Origin: Sphyrna mokarran
Taxonomy: Eukaryota
Assembly: GCA_024679065.1 (NCBI GenBank)
Contig: JAGIQG010000003.1
Coordinates: 28,024,001-28,088,000, forward strand
Reading direction: 5' to 3'
DNA length: 64,000 nucleotides
The translations under genes were made by a program, and so were the position numbers. The notes beneath the pieces were generated by a model. That model was given only the letters and a program-made list of their open reading frames with translations. It searched no databases and had not been told where the DNA came from. This document shows, piece by piece, positions 13,331-25,614 of this stretch. Position 1 is the stretch's first letter. Each line of letters starts with the position of its first letter.

Positions 13331-13474
13331 TGATGTAGAGATGCTGGCATTGGACTGGAGTAAACACAGTAAGAAGTCTTCTTCATCAGGTGAAGAAGAG
13401 GACAGCCTTGAAAGCTTGTGAGTTTACTATCAAATAAATCGATTGGACTTAAACCTGGTGTTGTCAGACTTTTT
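13331..13474. mobile_element. Mini fold-back Penelope pLTR insertion with decayed hammerhead motif
   Basis: 15-bp TSD actgtgctgctctta (13316-13330, 13475-13489); two opposed pLTR ends meeting at cttcatcagg|tgaagaag..gaaagcttg; homologous to 61360-61487. Confidence 0.85.
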
Positions 13475-14093
13475 ACTGTGCTGCTCTTAGCCAGCATTCA
13501 GATCACTTAAAGCCCACTCCCTACCCTTACAGGCAAGGAATCATTTCTATCAATTTTTTGTGCAATGAATGCATAAGAAAGCAGCTTTGAACTCACCCAA
13601 GAAACCAGTTTGAAACTCTCCCTTTTGCCCACCTGTCCTGGACTTAGTCTTTATCAGTAAGATCGACCCCAAAATGTATTGCTACTGCTTATGAACTATC
13701 CAGGATGAATTATGTATAGGCCTACTTGTTTCCCTATCATTAGAGTTGATTTGGCAACAGAATACACATCACCTATAAGTGCTTTACTTTACATACAATA
13801 CTGCATCTAGGAGTGGAATAATATAAATAAACTAGATAACTAGTAAAACTTCTGTGTTGCATGGTGTTGGGCATAGTTATGGTAGATATTATCAAGGTAT
13901 TTGTAACTTTAATAAGCATTTATTGACTATTTGAATCTACATACATAGTCACAGTAGTGGTCCAAGCTACGAAATGTCTCCATGCTTGCTTCTACACATG
14001 CCCTGTCTAACACTACATTGACCCCTAGGAGGGGGTTATGTGTTCTCATGCTTCACTATGTGAGTGGCACTAATACTCAATCCCACACACTGT

Positions 14094-14440
14094 AAGAATG
14101 TAGGAATAAAAGCAGGAGTAGGCCACCAGGCCCTTCAAGCCTGCCCAGCCATTCAATACGATCATGGCTGATCTGTGCCATTTTCTTATAGCCCTCTATT
14201 CTTCAATCTTAAAATATTTATCCACCTCCATTTTAAATACTTCTAATGATCCAGGTCCCACCACACTTGGGGTAAAGAATTCCAAAAATACACCAATCTT
14301 TCCATGTGAAGAAATTTCTACACACCTCAGTTTTAAATGATCAGCTATTTATCTTGTAGCTATGTCCCCTTGTTCAAAACTCTCCCACTAGTGAAAATGC
14401 TTCACTGTCTACCTGTCAAGCCCCCTCAGGAGCTTAAATG
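14094..14440 (-). mobile_element. CR1 LINE 3' end (second subfamily)
   Basis: taggaataaaagcaggagtaggcca..cagccattcaatacgatcatggctgatct, the reverse complement of the tail type at 43750-43870. Confidence 0.75.
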
Positions 14441-14559
14441 TTTACACTTTATGTGCCAGGCTACCATACTATACAATACTATATTCCCTAAGTCTTTATC
14501 CAATATATTTACAAATTATTCCTTTTACCCTATTTATGTACATCAATGCTACTACCTCA

Positions 14560-16770
14560 TATGCATCGCGCTCCTCACCTTCTCAGTTCTGACTTAAAGG
14601 TTCAAGCAGCCTTGAGGCCTTATAAAACTTTGCTATCTTATTCTTATTGCTATTGGAAAAGAGATAGACTCAGCCAATGCAGGTAATCTTTGTTGAATTG
14701 GAGGTTGTTCTCTCATCTGGGTATCTCTTTATTCTCTTTTTTTTTGTTTTTTGACATTGAATTGCTCTTTGTTGATACCCCAATTGTAGTGATAGATGAT
14801 TTATCCTGTTTTTTTATATGGTAAATGAACTCTGGATGTATCTCTGTGATTTTTTTTCTCTACTTATTTTGTGTAGCTGACCATGATGCATCTTTTTTCT
14901 GTTGTGAATATGTGACTTTGTAGTAAGCTCATCTTTACATTTGGCTGAGTGGCGTGTGTTGTTAATGGATGGCTGCTACTTGGTTCCAGTATCATTTCTG
15001 GCACTGTCAGACTGACTGGAGATTGCAGTCTCTGCTCTGTAATCTCAGGGTTTTTTTAAAGTTTAAGTTTATTTATTAGTCACAAGTAAGACTTACATTA
15101 ACATTGTAATGAAGTTACTGTGAAATTCTCCTAGTCGCCACACTTCAGCATCTATTTGGGTCAATGCACCTAAGCAGCACATCTTTCCAACTATGGAGGA
15201 CACCAGAGCATCTGGAGGAAACCCACATAGACACAGAGAGAACATGCAAACTCTATGCAGACAGTGACCCAGAGAATCAAATCTGGATCCCTGGTGCTGG
15301 GAGGCAGCAGTGCTAACCACTATGCCATCATGTCACCCAGATTTTTACAACTGGTATTGGAGCTGAAGTTGAGGCTCTTCTTGTTGCTGCTTCTTCTCTT
15401 TACCATCATCATGGTAACCATCTAATGGCTGGTTGGTGTGACTAATGAGGGACTTGTGGCACCTGTAATGAAAATGAATAAAATGCTCTGTAAAGTGAGG
15501 AGACAATTCATCGTTGAAGTCCAAGCTGACAGGATCTTTCATGGTACATCTTTTGGTAGAGCTTAATGTTCTATAATTTACGACAGTGGCTATCCTGATA
15601 TCTTCTGCCATTTTGAGGAGATTCAGGGCTCTACAGGTATCTCTGCTTATGTGAAAAACAGACTGGTTACAGTTGATATATCAGTTTGAAGATTTATTTT
15701 CCACCATACTGTAATGATTCCAGAATCATGCCTATAACCAGAAGTTGGATTTCTCAGGGTACAAGAGGTGTTGTGCCTATTGTTCATATCATTGGTCACT
15801 TAATCATAGTTCTTTGTCTGTGCCTCCTATGTCCAACATAGAGCTTGTGAGATGACAATTAACCAACATATCCATAGTCTAGAACATAAATCCAGAATCT
15901 TTAACCTCAACCAAAAAGCAGGTTTGTGTATCATCTTGGTGTACTGGTCTTAACCTCATAAATCCTCTTGATATTTTGGCTGGAATTGTACTGGCACATC
16001 TGCCTGAGGCTTGTAAGATCTCCCCCAAGACAAATGGAAGATGCTGTTCTGCAAGCCTTGCCTGCCCCTATTTCGGGGTAGGCGTGCTGGTAATATCATG
16101 GCCTTTGTGTGCATTTTGAATTTTTGGCTTTGTAGAGCTTTTCAAAATGTCCTATTTGGTTACATTGAAAGCATTGAGTTGACCTTGTCAGAACATTGAT
16201 CAAGCCTATTTGCTCCACAATACTGGCAAGTTACCCTACACGGTTAGGGTATTGCATCTGTTGGCCTTGAGCGTTCCTGTTTCTGTGCTGTTTAGCTAAT
16301 GGAACAATGAGGCTTACTTGGTACCATGGTTTGCTTTTTATCTTTAATGTTGATTGCAAGTGGATTTCAGATTTCCTTATAATCTAGGTAGCTTTTTCAT
16401 GGATTAGACTTCCTTTCATTTGAAGTATATCAGAAGCTGCAATTCCTGCAATTATCCTATCCCTGATTAGTTCAAATTTCATGTATCCATAATCACAAGC
16501 TTTAGCCATTCAATACAACTCATTAATGAGGGAGTCACAAGTTTGTTAAACTTAGCTCATTCAAGTGTTTAGTTACTTCTGAGGTTAATATAAGCATCAA
16601 ATGACTTTAAAATTTCATCAGATTTTGCAGATGGTTCATTGATTCCTTGTCTAGCTATCATACTATCAGCTAACGGGTCTACCAAATAAAACAGTGCATT
16701 AACTTGTGCTGCTTCGACCTTTTTATCCATACCTGAAGTAATGATGTATCTCAGGAATCTCTTTCTTCAA
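14560..16770 (-). mobile_element. Decayed, internally deleted Gypsy LTR retrotransposon (gag, protease remnants)
   Basis: Manual translation: KRFLRY..QVNALFY, AKACDYGYMKFELIRDRIIAGI (gag), CQYCG knuckle remnant, LDIGG (LDTGA-like), SRDTCRALNLL; many stops. Confidence 0.65.
15052..15338 (-). mobile_element. tRNA-derived V-SINE with non-CR1 (Rex1-like) tail
   Basis: Minus strand head ggcatagtggttagcactgctgcctc, V-domain, tail aacttcattacaatgttaatgtaagtcttacttgtgactaataaataaactt. Confidence 0.85.
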
Positions 16771-17102
16771 AGCCCCCAATTTTGTGATTGATCTAGAATT
16801 TAAATAAGTCCAAATTGATCTAAAAGTGTGGATTTTTGATCTAATCGTTAAAGTTTTTAAATTGAAAGTTCAGACTTACGAGATTTCCAAAAATCCAAGA
16901 TGATATAGCCATATGCTTCTTCACAAAGGATTTTTCTGCACTTGCCAGTTTTGGTGGGCTCTCATGTCAATGTCATTCGTGATCTCAGCATTTACAGTTT
17001 TTCAACAATGGCTGCGTGGAACAACTTTTTAGAGTCTTTCCTGCTTTAGCATGATGTTCTTGGGTATTTGAAGCATTGAATTCTAGCTTTTACTGAGTTT
17101 TT

Positions 17103-17360
17103 CGGGTGGCACAGTGGCACAGGCCTCACAGGGACTCAGGTTCGATTTCCGGCTTGGTCACTGGCTGTGTGGATTTGCACACTTTCCCCATGTCTGTGTG
17201 GGTTTCCTTTGGTGCTCTGGTTTCCTCCCACAGTCTGAAAGATATGCTGGTTAGGTGCATTGACCCGAACTGGCACTGGAGTGTGGTGACTAGGGGAATT
17301 TCAACATAACTTCATTGCAGTGTTAATCTAAGCCTTACTTATGATTAATAAATAACTTTA
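17103..17360 (+). mobile_element. tRNA-derived V-SINE with non-CR1 (Rex1-like) tail
   Basis: ggtggcacagtgg, B box ggttcgatttcc, V-domain, same tail as 15052-15338. Confidence 0.85.
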
Positions 17361-18311
17361 AAGCTGAAATCACAAAATTCACCAAGGTGTTTGCAGAGGT
17401 AGCAAACATATGGGGAATTGATGCGAGTTGCCATGTTTATTTCCTACCAATACATGTTTGCAGAACAGATTTAAATTGTTCAAGTGTGCAAGGCTTTGCC
17501 AGTAAGTGACAATTATGGCTTCTGATGAACTGCATACATAAGATTGTATCATGTACTTCAGAAATCTACCAATACAAAATAATGATAAAATATAGGAATT
17601 CTGAAGCAGAGTCATCATAAAGTGTTGTGTGTGAGTCATATCGTTGTGTTACTTTTTAACACTTGTGAATGCAACTTTTACAAATCACCTTTCCCTGATT
17701 ATCAAGGGTAAAATGTGTGTGTAGTGTTTTGCTTCAGTGTAGCTGATGCACAAAACCAATTCAATAGGCATCTAAAATCACAATAGGCACAGTGATATAC
17801 AGTGATGATATAGCATAATTTTTGCCAGTACCAAGTTATGGTTACTTCACACAAAGCAGATGGAATATTTCATAATCAGATGATTAACACAATGTAGTTG
17901 AATGCTGACATTTTGCTGTTAAGTAGCAGAGGATTATGCTGATGAAGTATTTGTCTGTAGTTTTCTTAGGGATAAGGATGGTATTTAATTGACATTCATG
18001 AACTGTACTAATGCTTTAATGGAAGGACAATGCAATTTGAGTTTATGTAGAGTAGATGTCTAACAGTACTAAAAGGCGCACAGTTTTATGTTAATGTAAG
18101 CAGTGAATCATTTTGCATTTCGTTTTGAATTTCGTAATATAATTTATTTTCATAGCTTTGTATGCTATTCTTCCATTTGAATCCTTGTAATTTGTTTCTG
18201 TGATTATTTTTGACTCCCGCTGTGAGCGGGCTTTCCCACTGTGGATGCAGCAAAACATTGGACATTGGCGGGATCTTCTGGCTTTGCATGGCCTGCCTGC
18301 TCAACTACCAT

Positions 18312-18421
18312 GGGGAAGGGAGTTGGGGGTGGAAAGGCGGGGAGGGGGGGGGGGGGGGGTGGGGGGGGGGGTGGGGGGGGTGGGGTGGGGGGGGTGGGGG
18401 TGGGGGGGGTGGAGAGGGGGG
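18312..18421 (+). repeat. Poly-G / (G4-11T)n tract
   Basis: ~110 bp G-rich; 18344-18412 contains only G and T. Confidence 0.9.
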
Positions 18422-20419
18422 TTGTCCAACTTCAATGGGACCAAAAGATTCTGACAATGATTTCCAAAGCCACACATTTTTTTAGATGGAATCGTTTTTC
18501 CTTATATCCCCCATTTTTTTCCTGTCAACTCTATCTATGCTGCTCAGTGCCTATCTTATATTTATTGCCCCTTATTTTGAACAGTGGCATAAAAGGGAAC
18601 ATTTTCTCTATATTTTTCAAACCTTTCATGGTCATAGAACCCCTACAATGCAAAAGGAGGCCATTTGGCCCGTAGTGCCCACACCAACTCACTGGCAAAG
18701 CATCTTACCCAAGTTCACCCCTCCTCCCCAATCCCGTAACCCTACACATTTACTATGCTAATCTCCTTAACCTATAAATCCTCAGACATTAAGGGACAAT
18801 TTCGCATTGCCAATACACCTAAACTGAACATCTTTGGCCTGTGAACAGTGAATGCACAACTCAGGATAGTCAGGGTGACTTGGCTTGAAGAGTTTCAGAA
18901 CAAACTAAAAACCAAAAAATTTCTGAGGAAATGCTTTGATATTACAACCACAACAGCTTGTATATGTTTGGTAATAAAATGTCCCAAAGTGTTTCCTGAG
19001 AGCATTATCAAATCTTAATGACTAAATGAAATAAAAATATTTTTCCTCCTTTGGCTATTTCATATTTCTACACTATAAAATTGACCTGACTGGGTTATCA
19101 AGCTAGTGACCTATCCCCTAGCTTTGTAAATGTCATTCTGCAGCTGATGATGTGTTTGGGAGAGGGATAGTGTGAAATTACAGGGAGGGGATTTCCTCTG
19201 GGTTTCTGCCTGTCCTGATCACATAGTAATTGTACGCTAGGATGGGAAAATCCTGATAGGAAGCCTGACCTTGCCCCAATGAAGGTTCTTAAGTGCAAAT
19301 AATTGCTGCAAGAGCTGTTTCCTGCCCAGCTTCAATTGTTAGGGCTGGCAAGAACCTTGATCCTCCATGAGGAAGCCTGGTAAAACTCAGTGTTAGATCT
19401 TGGTTGGAAGGTGAGGAAGGTCCGATGACCTCTGGGCTACAATCCTCACCCACTTGCCTCTTCCCAAGACCACAATCAAGCCTTTTGTACCCTCCCCGCT
19501 CTTAGAATCCTTACATTTCCCTTGTCCTTTGGCTCCTGCACTTAGCCTCAGGTAGATTGGTGTATTTTCTCTGTGTTTACTGATTGACTGGCAGTTCTCT
19601 AAGGTGGAACTTCCTTCTGAGTAAGGGGTAGAACCCCACCTACTGGAAATCAGTAGTGTAAATGAACTGCCGTGCATTTGGCATTGGCAGGGTTGTGTCC
19701 CCTACTGACTGTGGATGGTGGAAGGCAAGCTCCTGCCTTCTGAAAAAATTCAGCTTTTAGTTGTAAAAATGTTCAACAGTTCATGCTTACCTACTCTGAA
19801 GTGAAGTCAGCTGCTGAGGAGAATGGAAAATTCATGAGCCCCGGCCAAAGCCAATCTGGCCGTAAGAGCTTTGCTGAGACGTGTTTTGGGGGCAACCTTG
19901 ACACAGTATTGGAATTGATGCGAGTTGCAAATAACAGTATTGAGTGGACTCAATATACCTCACACTGATAATGCCATCTACTCTTGTTAAAATTCTTCTG
20001 ATGCAATCCTAATCGACTCAATTCCTCTTCATAGGTCAGTCCTGCCACCCTAGAAATCAGTCTGTTAATCTTCTCTGCACTCTGTACTGACATCTTTCCT
20101 TACATATAGAGATCAAAACTGACCCACTCTATGTTCCCCCAAATTAGGAATTATTCCCTTGCCAGCGTGATGTCATACAATGAGGTTTCCAATTGTTTTT
20201 TAAAAATGGGATCCAGGTGAAGAAAATCCATAGGAACACGCAGCTGACTATAGCCTCAGGGAAAGGGAGGGAAATGCTTGAGCAGTACCTTGGCACTGCA
20301 CTTTGGCACTGCTCCCTGGCACCCTAGCTGTGCCCAAAGCACCCTGGGAACAGTACCAAGGGGTGGAGCTCTAGGGGCCTCCATGGAGGAGTAAACTCTT
20401 ATTATTTTTATCATAGAGC

Positions 20420-20612
20420 CGTCTCCCATGTCTGCATGCATTTCTTCCAGGAGTTCAGGTTTCGTCCCACAGTCCAAAGATATGCAGATTAGGTTGATTG
20501 ACCATATAGATTACCCATTAGTGTCAGGGGAACAGCAGCGTAAATGTGTTGGGTTATGGGGATAGGGCTGGTTGGATTGTGGTCAATGCAGACTTGATAA
20601 GCCAAATGTCCT
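20420..20612 (+). mobile_element. 5'-truncated HE1-type SINE
   Basis: V-domain ccacagtccaaagatatgcag and tail actgtagggattctatg. Confidence 0.8.
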
Positions 20613-21979
20613 CCCTCTACACTGTAGGGATTCTATGGTTTCTATGAATTCTATGTTATGAGTGAGAAGCCTATCACAAAGCTAATGATCGAGTGTCGCA
20701 AATTGATCAACAGATTGTGTTGATTCACAATTTATGGACTATCTTTTCCTCAACAAAGGTTGCTGGTAGATTTGTTCATTAATCATTTAATGAGTCATTC
20801 ACGTACTGTTTTGCTTCTCAGCAAAGTTTGGTCAATTGCATCCAGATAGCATTCAGCTCTGTAATGTAAAATATTTGCTGACCCTTAACAGATACACTGC
20901 TTGGGCGAGAAGATATCATGCAAAGAGTGCAATATTGGAGTGGAAATGTGAGAGATTTATATTTACCTCAGGTTATAAATGATATTGTTGAAAACCATGT
21001 CACCTTGAGTTGTACAAATGTAGGTTGATGTCCAAGAGTAAAAGAATCATCAGCTACTGACAGTCAAAGGAACATCAACAACTTATTCTCTGATACTAAA
21101 ACTCACAAAAACAGCATGTGTTCAGTATATTAGAAAGACTGCAAAAGGATGATGAAATGTTAAGTTAATTATTGTGAGTCTACGCTGGATAGCATTCATT
21201 TACAGCATAACCCAACAGCAAATAATGACTAAACTTTTAGTTTTATAAAATATTTTTATAAGTTTTATCTTTTATCCAGTTCTAAATATCCAAACAATGT
21301 TTGGAACAAAATATCATTTCTGTTTGACCTGATTTCTTAAAGCCATATTTCTGAAATAGAAGAATTGGTATATTGCTAAATTGACCACTTCTGAGTATCT
21401 ATGTATGACTTACAGATGAAAATGCTGTTATTAAAGTAAGACAAATTCTATATTCTTACTTTAATCTGTGTTTACGATGACATTTTAGTAAATTACATTT
21501 TTAATTAGCAAGTGATGGTAAGCACAAATTTCAAAAGAAATGCAGTAATCCTTTGGTACAGTTAATCTAATTCCCATAGTTACAATACTTGGATGGAAAA
21601 GCATTAAAATTTATATTTTTGCAAAAATTATAAAATACTCTTCTAAATGGATTCAAGAGCATGTTTCTGAAACATTTTTGTGTGATCTATTCTACTTTAT
21701 AAATAAAAAGAGTTACTTACTATATATAATTTTCAGTTAGGCACAATATTTTATTCACTGACATCTAATATTGCTAAAATCAAAATCACAGTAGATTCGA
21801 TTTGGCAAACAACTATTAACATTAAAAATGATGTCCAGTATGTAACAGTGCTGCACCTTAGTGGGGAAGTAGTAGTTTGTATGAATATGTAGATATAACT
21901 TACACTTTCCAATGCATAACTCATTTACTAAAATTGTAAATAATGGAATGTGTTTATGTAAATGGAATGTAATTCTTAC

Positions 21980-22098
21980 ATGAAATCGTTTACTAGAACG
22001 TGCTCTCTCACAATCCTGTGAGGTGTCAAAGCAATCCCACCAAAGCTTGTAAGAGTATAGTGATAAAAATAATTTCTATTGATCTGTGCAGCTTTGAC
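21980..22098 (-). CDS. Candidate internal exon of an unidentified gene (119 nt)
   Basis: Acceptor aattttttgcttgaag|G, donor CAT|GTAAGA, one open frame VKAAQINRNYFYHYTLTSFGGIALTPHRIVREHVLVNDF, in repeat-free DNA; protein not recognised. Confidence 0.25.
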
Positions 22099-23049
22099 CT
22101 TCAAGCAAAAAATTGTCTGATAAATGGCTTTAGGATTAATATATGCATATTTTTCAGAAAATCCATTTTGTGAATATGCAGATGGTTTGTGGGAGTAAAA
22201 TGTGCCAAAAAGATACTCACAGAATGTAGCTAATTCATTGTGATTGCTGTGAATGAATATAGTAGAACAACAGGATGCTAATCTGTTACTATTATGTAAA
22301 TATACCTGAATGTCAACTTGATTTACTAGTAACCATAAAATTGTGGGCTCAAGCCTTACATCAGGGCTTGCAATGTAGGGGGCGATTCTCCCAAAAGTGC
22401 TGACCTGGTGGGAAAACTGACTTAGATCAGGACTGTTTTTTAAGTGCAGCTTGAGACGTGAATCTCCGCACTCTGAGTACTGTAGAGGTGACAATTGGGA
22501 ATCTCATTAAAAACCCAGGGGGCAGGGCCTATTCACACTGGAATCTGACAATTCTGGAACTCTGCGCATGCACAGTGGTCCTGATCGGTCAGACTCCTCA
22601 TTTGCTGGTCAGCTCAATTGCTGGTGAGCCCAGAACACCCACAGAGCTGCCCTATCCCTCCAATCCCTCCCATAGCCTATTCGCGGCCCCTCAACAATTC
22701 CCGGGCCAGTCCCAACCTTACCCTGCCCGAAGAAGAGCTTGCCTCCTCCAGCAGTGCTGATCCCCCATCCTCCTCACCCAGCAGACCATTCCCCTCGTGG
22801 GTCAAATCCCCCACCGGGATGTAGGGTACCCTTTGGCAAACCAACCTCCCCAGTCCACCCCAATCCTTGCCTCCCTCCAGCCTAGACCAATGCAGAGTGG
22901 CAACGGGACCCCACACACCCCGCCAGTTGTACCTATATCCCACTCACGATAGGCCCTATCTCCTTTGCACTGCACTATGTCCAGTTGACAGAGACAAGGT
23001 ATACCCTGGGCATGGGTACTTTGCTCCTTGGGCAGCGCCAGGGGCAAAG

Positions 23050-23830
23050 TTGAAAATTGAGTTGGCGAGGAAACTGGCCACATAGTCAAATGAGGAGTAT
23101 AGTAGCGGGCTGAGGACACAGCCTTGTGAGGCATCAGTATTGTGGGTGATCATGGAGGAAGTGTTGTTGCCTATCCTTACTGATTGTAGTCTGTGGATTA
23201 GGAAGTTCAGGATCCAGTTGCAGAGGGAGGAGCTGAGGCCCAGGCCACAGAATTTGGAGATGTGTTTCGTGGGAATGATGGTGTTGAAGGCTGAGCTGTA
23301 GTCAATAAATAAAGAATGATATTGGTGTCTTTGTCACCTGTGTTCCAGGGTTGAGTGCAATGCCAGAGAGATGGCATCTGCTGTGGCGATAGGCGAACTG
23401 TAATGGATCCAGGCAATCTGGGAGGCTGAAATTGATATGTGCCATAACTAACCTTTCAAAGTATTTCATAATGAAATAAATGTCAGAGTCATCTAATGAT
23501 AATCATTAAGTCATGCTACTTGGCTTTTCTTTGCTACTGAGATGATGGTTGTCATGTTTAAGTAGATAGGGACCTCAGGTTGTTGTAAAGGGAGGTTGAA
23601 AATGTCTGCTAATACTCCTGCCAGCTGATTCACGCAGGATCTGAGTACTCATCTGGGTATCTCAGCCAGACCAGTCGCTTTCTGTGGGTTGACTTTTGAG
23701 AAAGCTGCTCTGACATCTGCAATGGTGACCTGAGATATAGTTTCACCCGGGGCTCCTGGGGTGGCGGGCGTGCTCTTGCTGACCTCTTACTCAAAACAGG
23801 CATAGAATGCATTGAGCTCATCAGAGAAGT
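23050..23830 (-). mobile_element. Rex1/Babar-clade LINE RT fragment
   Basis: [16 protein letters not shown]; near-colinear homology with 10850-11278. Confidence 0.8.
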
Positions 23831-24269
23831 GTGTGTTAGAACCAACAATTTTATATGCATTTAGTGTTTAGTAATTTATATTTTTTTGTTAGTTTATGGC
23901 CCAGCTCTAAATTCTCTTGAGAAGATGATGAACCATCTTCTTGAACTGCTGCAATCTATGTGGTGTCAGTACAACTGCAGAATTAGGACAGAGCCCCATA
24001 ACTTTGACCCAGCGACAATGAAAGATCGACAACAGATTTCTAAGTTAAGTTGGTGAATGACATGGAGGAGAACTTGCAGCTGGAGGTGTTCCCATCTTTC
24101 TGTGGTCCTCATTCCTTCAAAAAAAGAAAAATTTGCGTCTGTAAAGCGCCTTTCAATGATCACATCACATGGGTTTGTAGCCAATGAACTATATTTTGAA
24201 GGGAGTCACATGAGAGGTAATTTACACTGAGCAAAGTCCCACAGACAGCAATGACCTGTGAGAAATTAG

Positions 24270-25215
24270 ACTATTGCTTGCACCTTAACGTCTTCCAAGA
24301 TTTTGAGGTCAGTGGATCTACTTTGGTCTTCTCGTAGACCACTCACAAATCCTGATTTATCTAAGGTGCTGGTAGGACAAGCTGTATGAGGTTGGAAACA
24401 GGACATATGCAAAAAGTAAAATCTGGAAATGGAAGGCAGGCAATGGATGGAGCAGAAGCTGGATAGGAAAGGCAGTTTAAGAGCAGAAGGTTGAGGTACA
24501 GTGGAGAATTGGCTGGACAGGGGATACAGATGAAGGGTGAAGCAGAGGTTATACAGAGGAGGGAAGTAAAGGTTGGAGTAGAAATTAGATAGAGAAGGCA
24601 AGCAAAGAGTGGAAAACAGGGAGGCTGTCCCATACAGGAAGAATACTGCCCATAGAGGGAAGAACTGTTTGTGGCAGGGAAGGAAGCAGCAAGGGAATGA
24701 AAGGCTGAAGTAATGTGTGATGGAGGGAGCTGCCTTTCTTGTTGGCTCTGAGAGTTGTGTGGCTAGTGGGGAAGGGAATTCATAACAGGAACAGTGGTAG
24801 AATGATGATTCTAGAGGTGGGATCAGTATTATTGACAGTGTTTGAGTTGTACAGGACAGCAGAAGGACATGGGAATGTTGAGTGGGATGGAATAGGGTAG
24901 TATGTCCAGGATATTATTTGTGTAGATTTCATGGGAGGGCAGAGGATTTGGAGTAAAGGGAGAATGGTGGGGAGAGTAGAAATGGACAAAATTGGTGATT
25001 TAGAGATCTGCAGCATTCAGTGTCAGGATCACTGTGAGCATAGGGATGGTAACAGGTATAGACTTAGAGGGGAGGGAAAGCGTATGTAGGTGAATAGTAA
25101 TAGGTGAAAGGATAATGGGAGGAAGTGCAAGGGTGACATGTAAGAGGAATGATGATATTAGATGGGGAGAAGTTAGTGGATGACGGGGGAAGAGAGAAGT
25201 TGATGGAATGAGTTT
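24270..25215 (-). mobile_element. Heavily decayed LINE (probably L2) segment
   Basis: ~1 kb of strong purine skew on the + strand, typical of antisense L2 ORF2; no intact motif read. Confidence 0.4.
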
Positions 25216-25614
25216 CAAGTATAACTACTGTGCTGTACTGTTCTATGTTCTATGTTCTATAACATGCACCATTTTTTGAATCTCATCAGTGCAATCACAG
25301 TTGATGTGAAACTGCAATACCTTGAAATGGGTCTTATTGGGTAGGTGGAGTACAAAGTCTGCACGATTGTCCAATTAAAGAAACATCTAAATAATCATGA
25401 GGCAACTGGGAGTTATGCTCAGGTGTATTCTTCTCTCCACAGTGAAATCCACATGACAGTTGTTTCTTATTGTGGATGTTCTTATCCTGCAGAAAGACAG
25501 AAGAATTCTGAGTTTACTTGTAGAATTTTATATTAGATAATCTTTAATGTGCAATTTTATCTATAAAGTTGATACAGTAAATAATCCAGCTGTGTAGTAT
25601 AACATTTGTCTTCT

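Noticed and set aside
18200-18675. Gly-rich ORFs (84, 91, 144 aa)
   Set aside because: They are translations of the poly-G tract and are open in all three frames for that reason.
21416-21435. Plus-strand 20-nt microexon (acag|ATGAAAATGCTGTTATTAAA|gtaaga)
   Set aside because: Weak pyrimidine tract and an overlapping minus-strand alternative; cannot be distinguished from chance in AT-rich DNA.
21976-22494. 172-aa single-exon ORF
   Set aside because: Its 5' part lies in a MITE-like element; only 21980-22098 was kept as a weak exon candidate.
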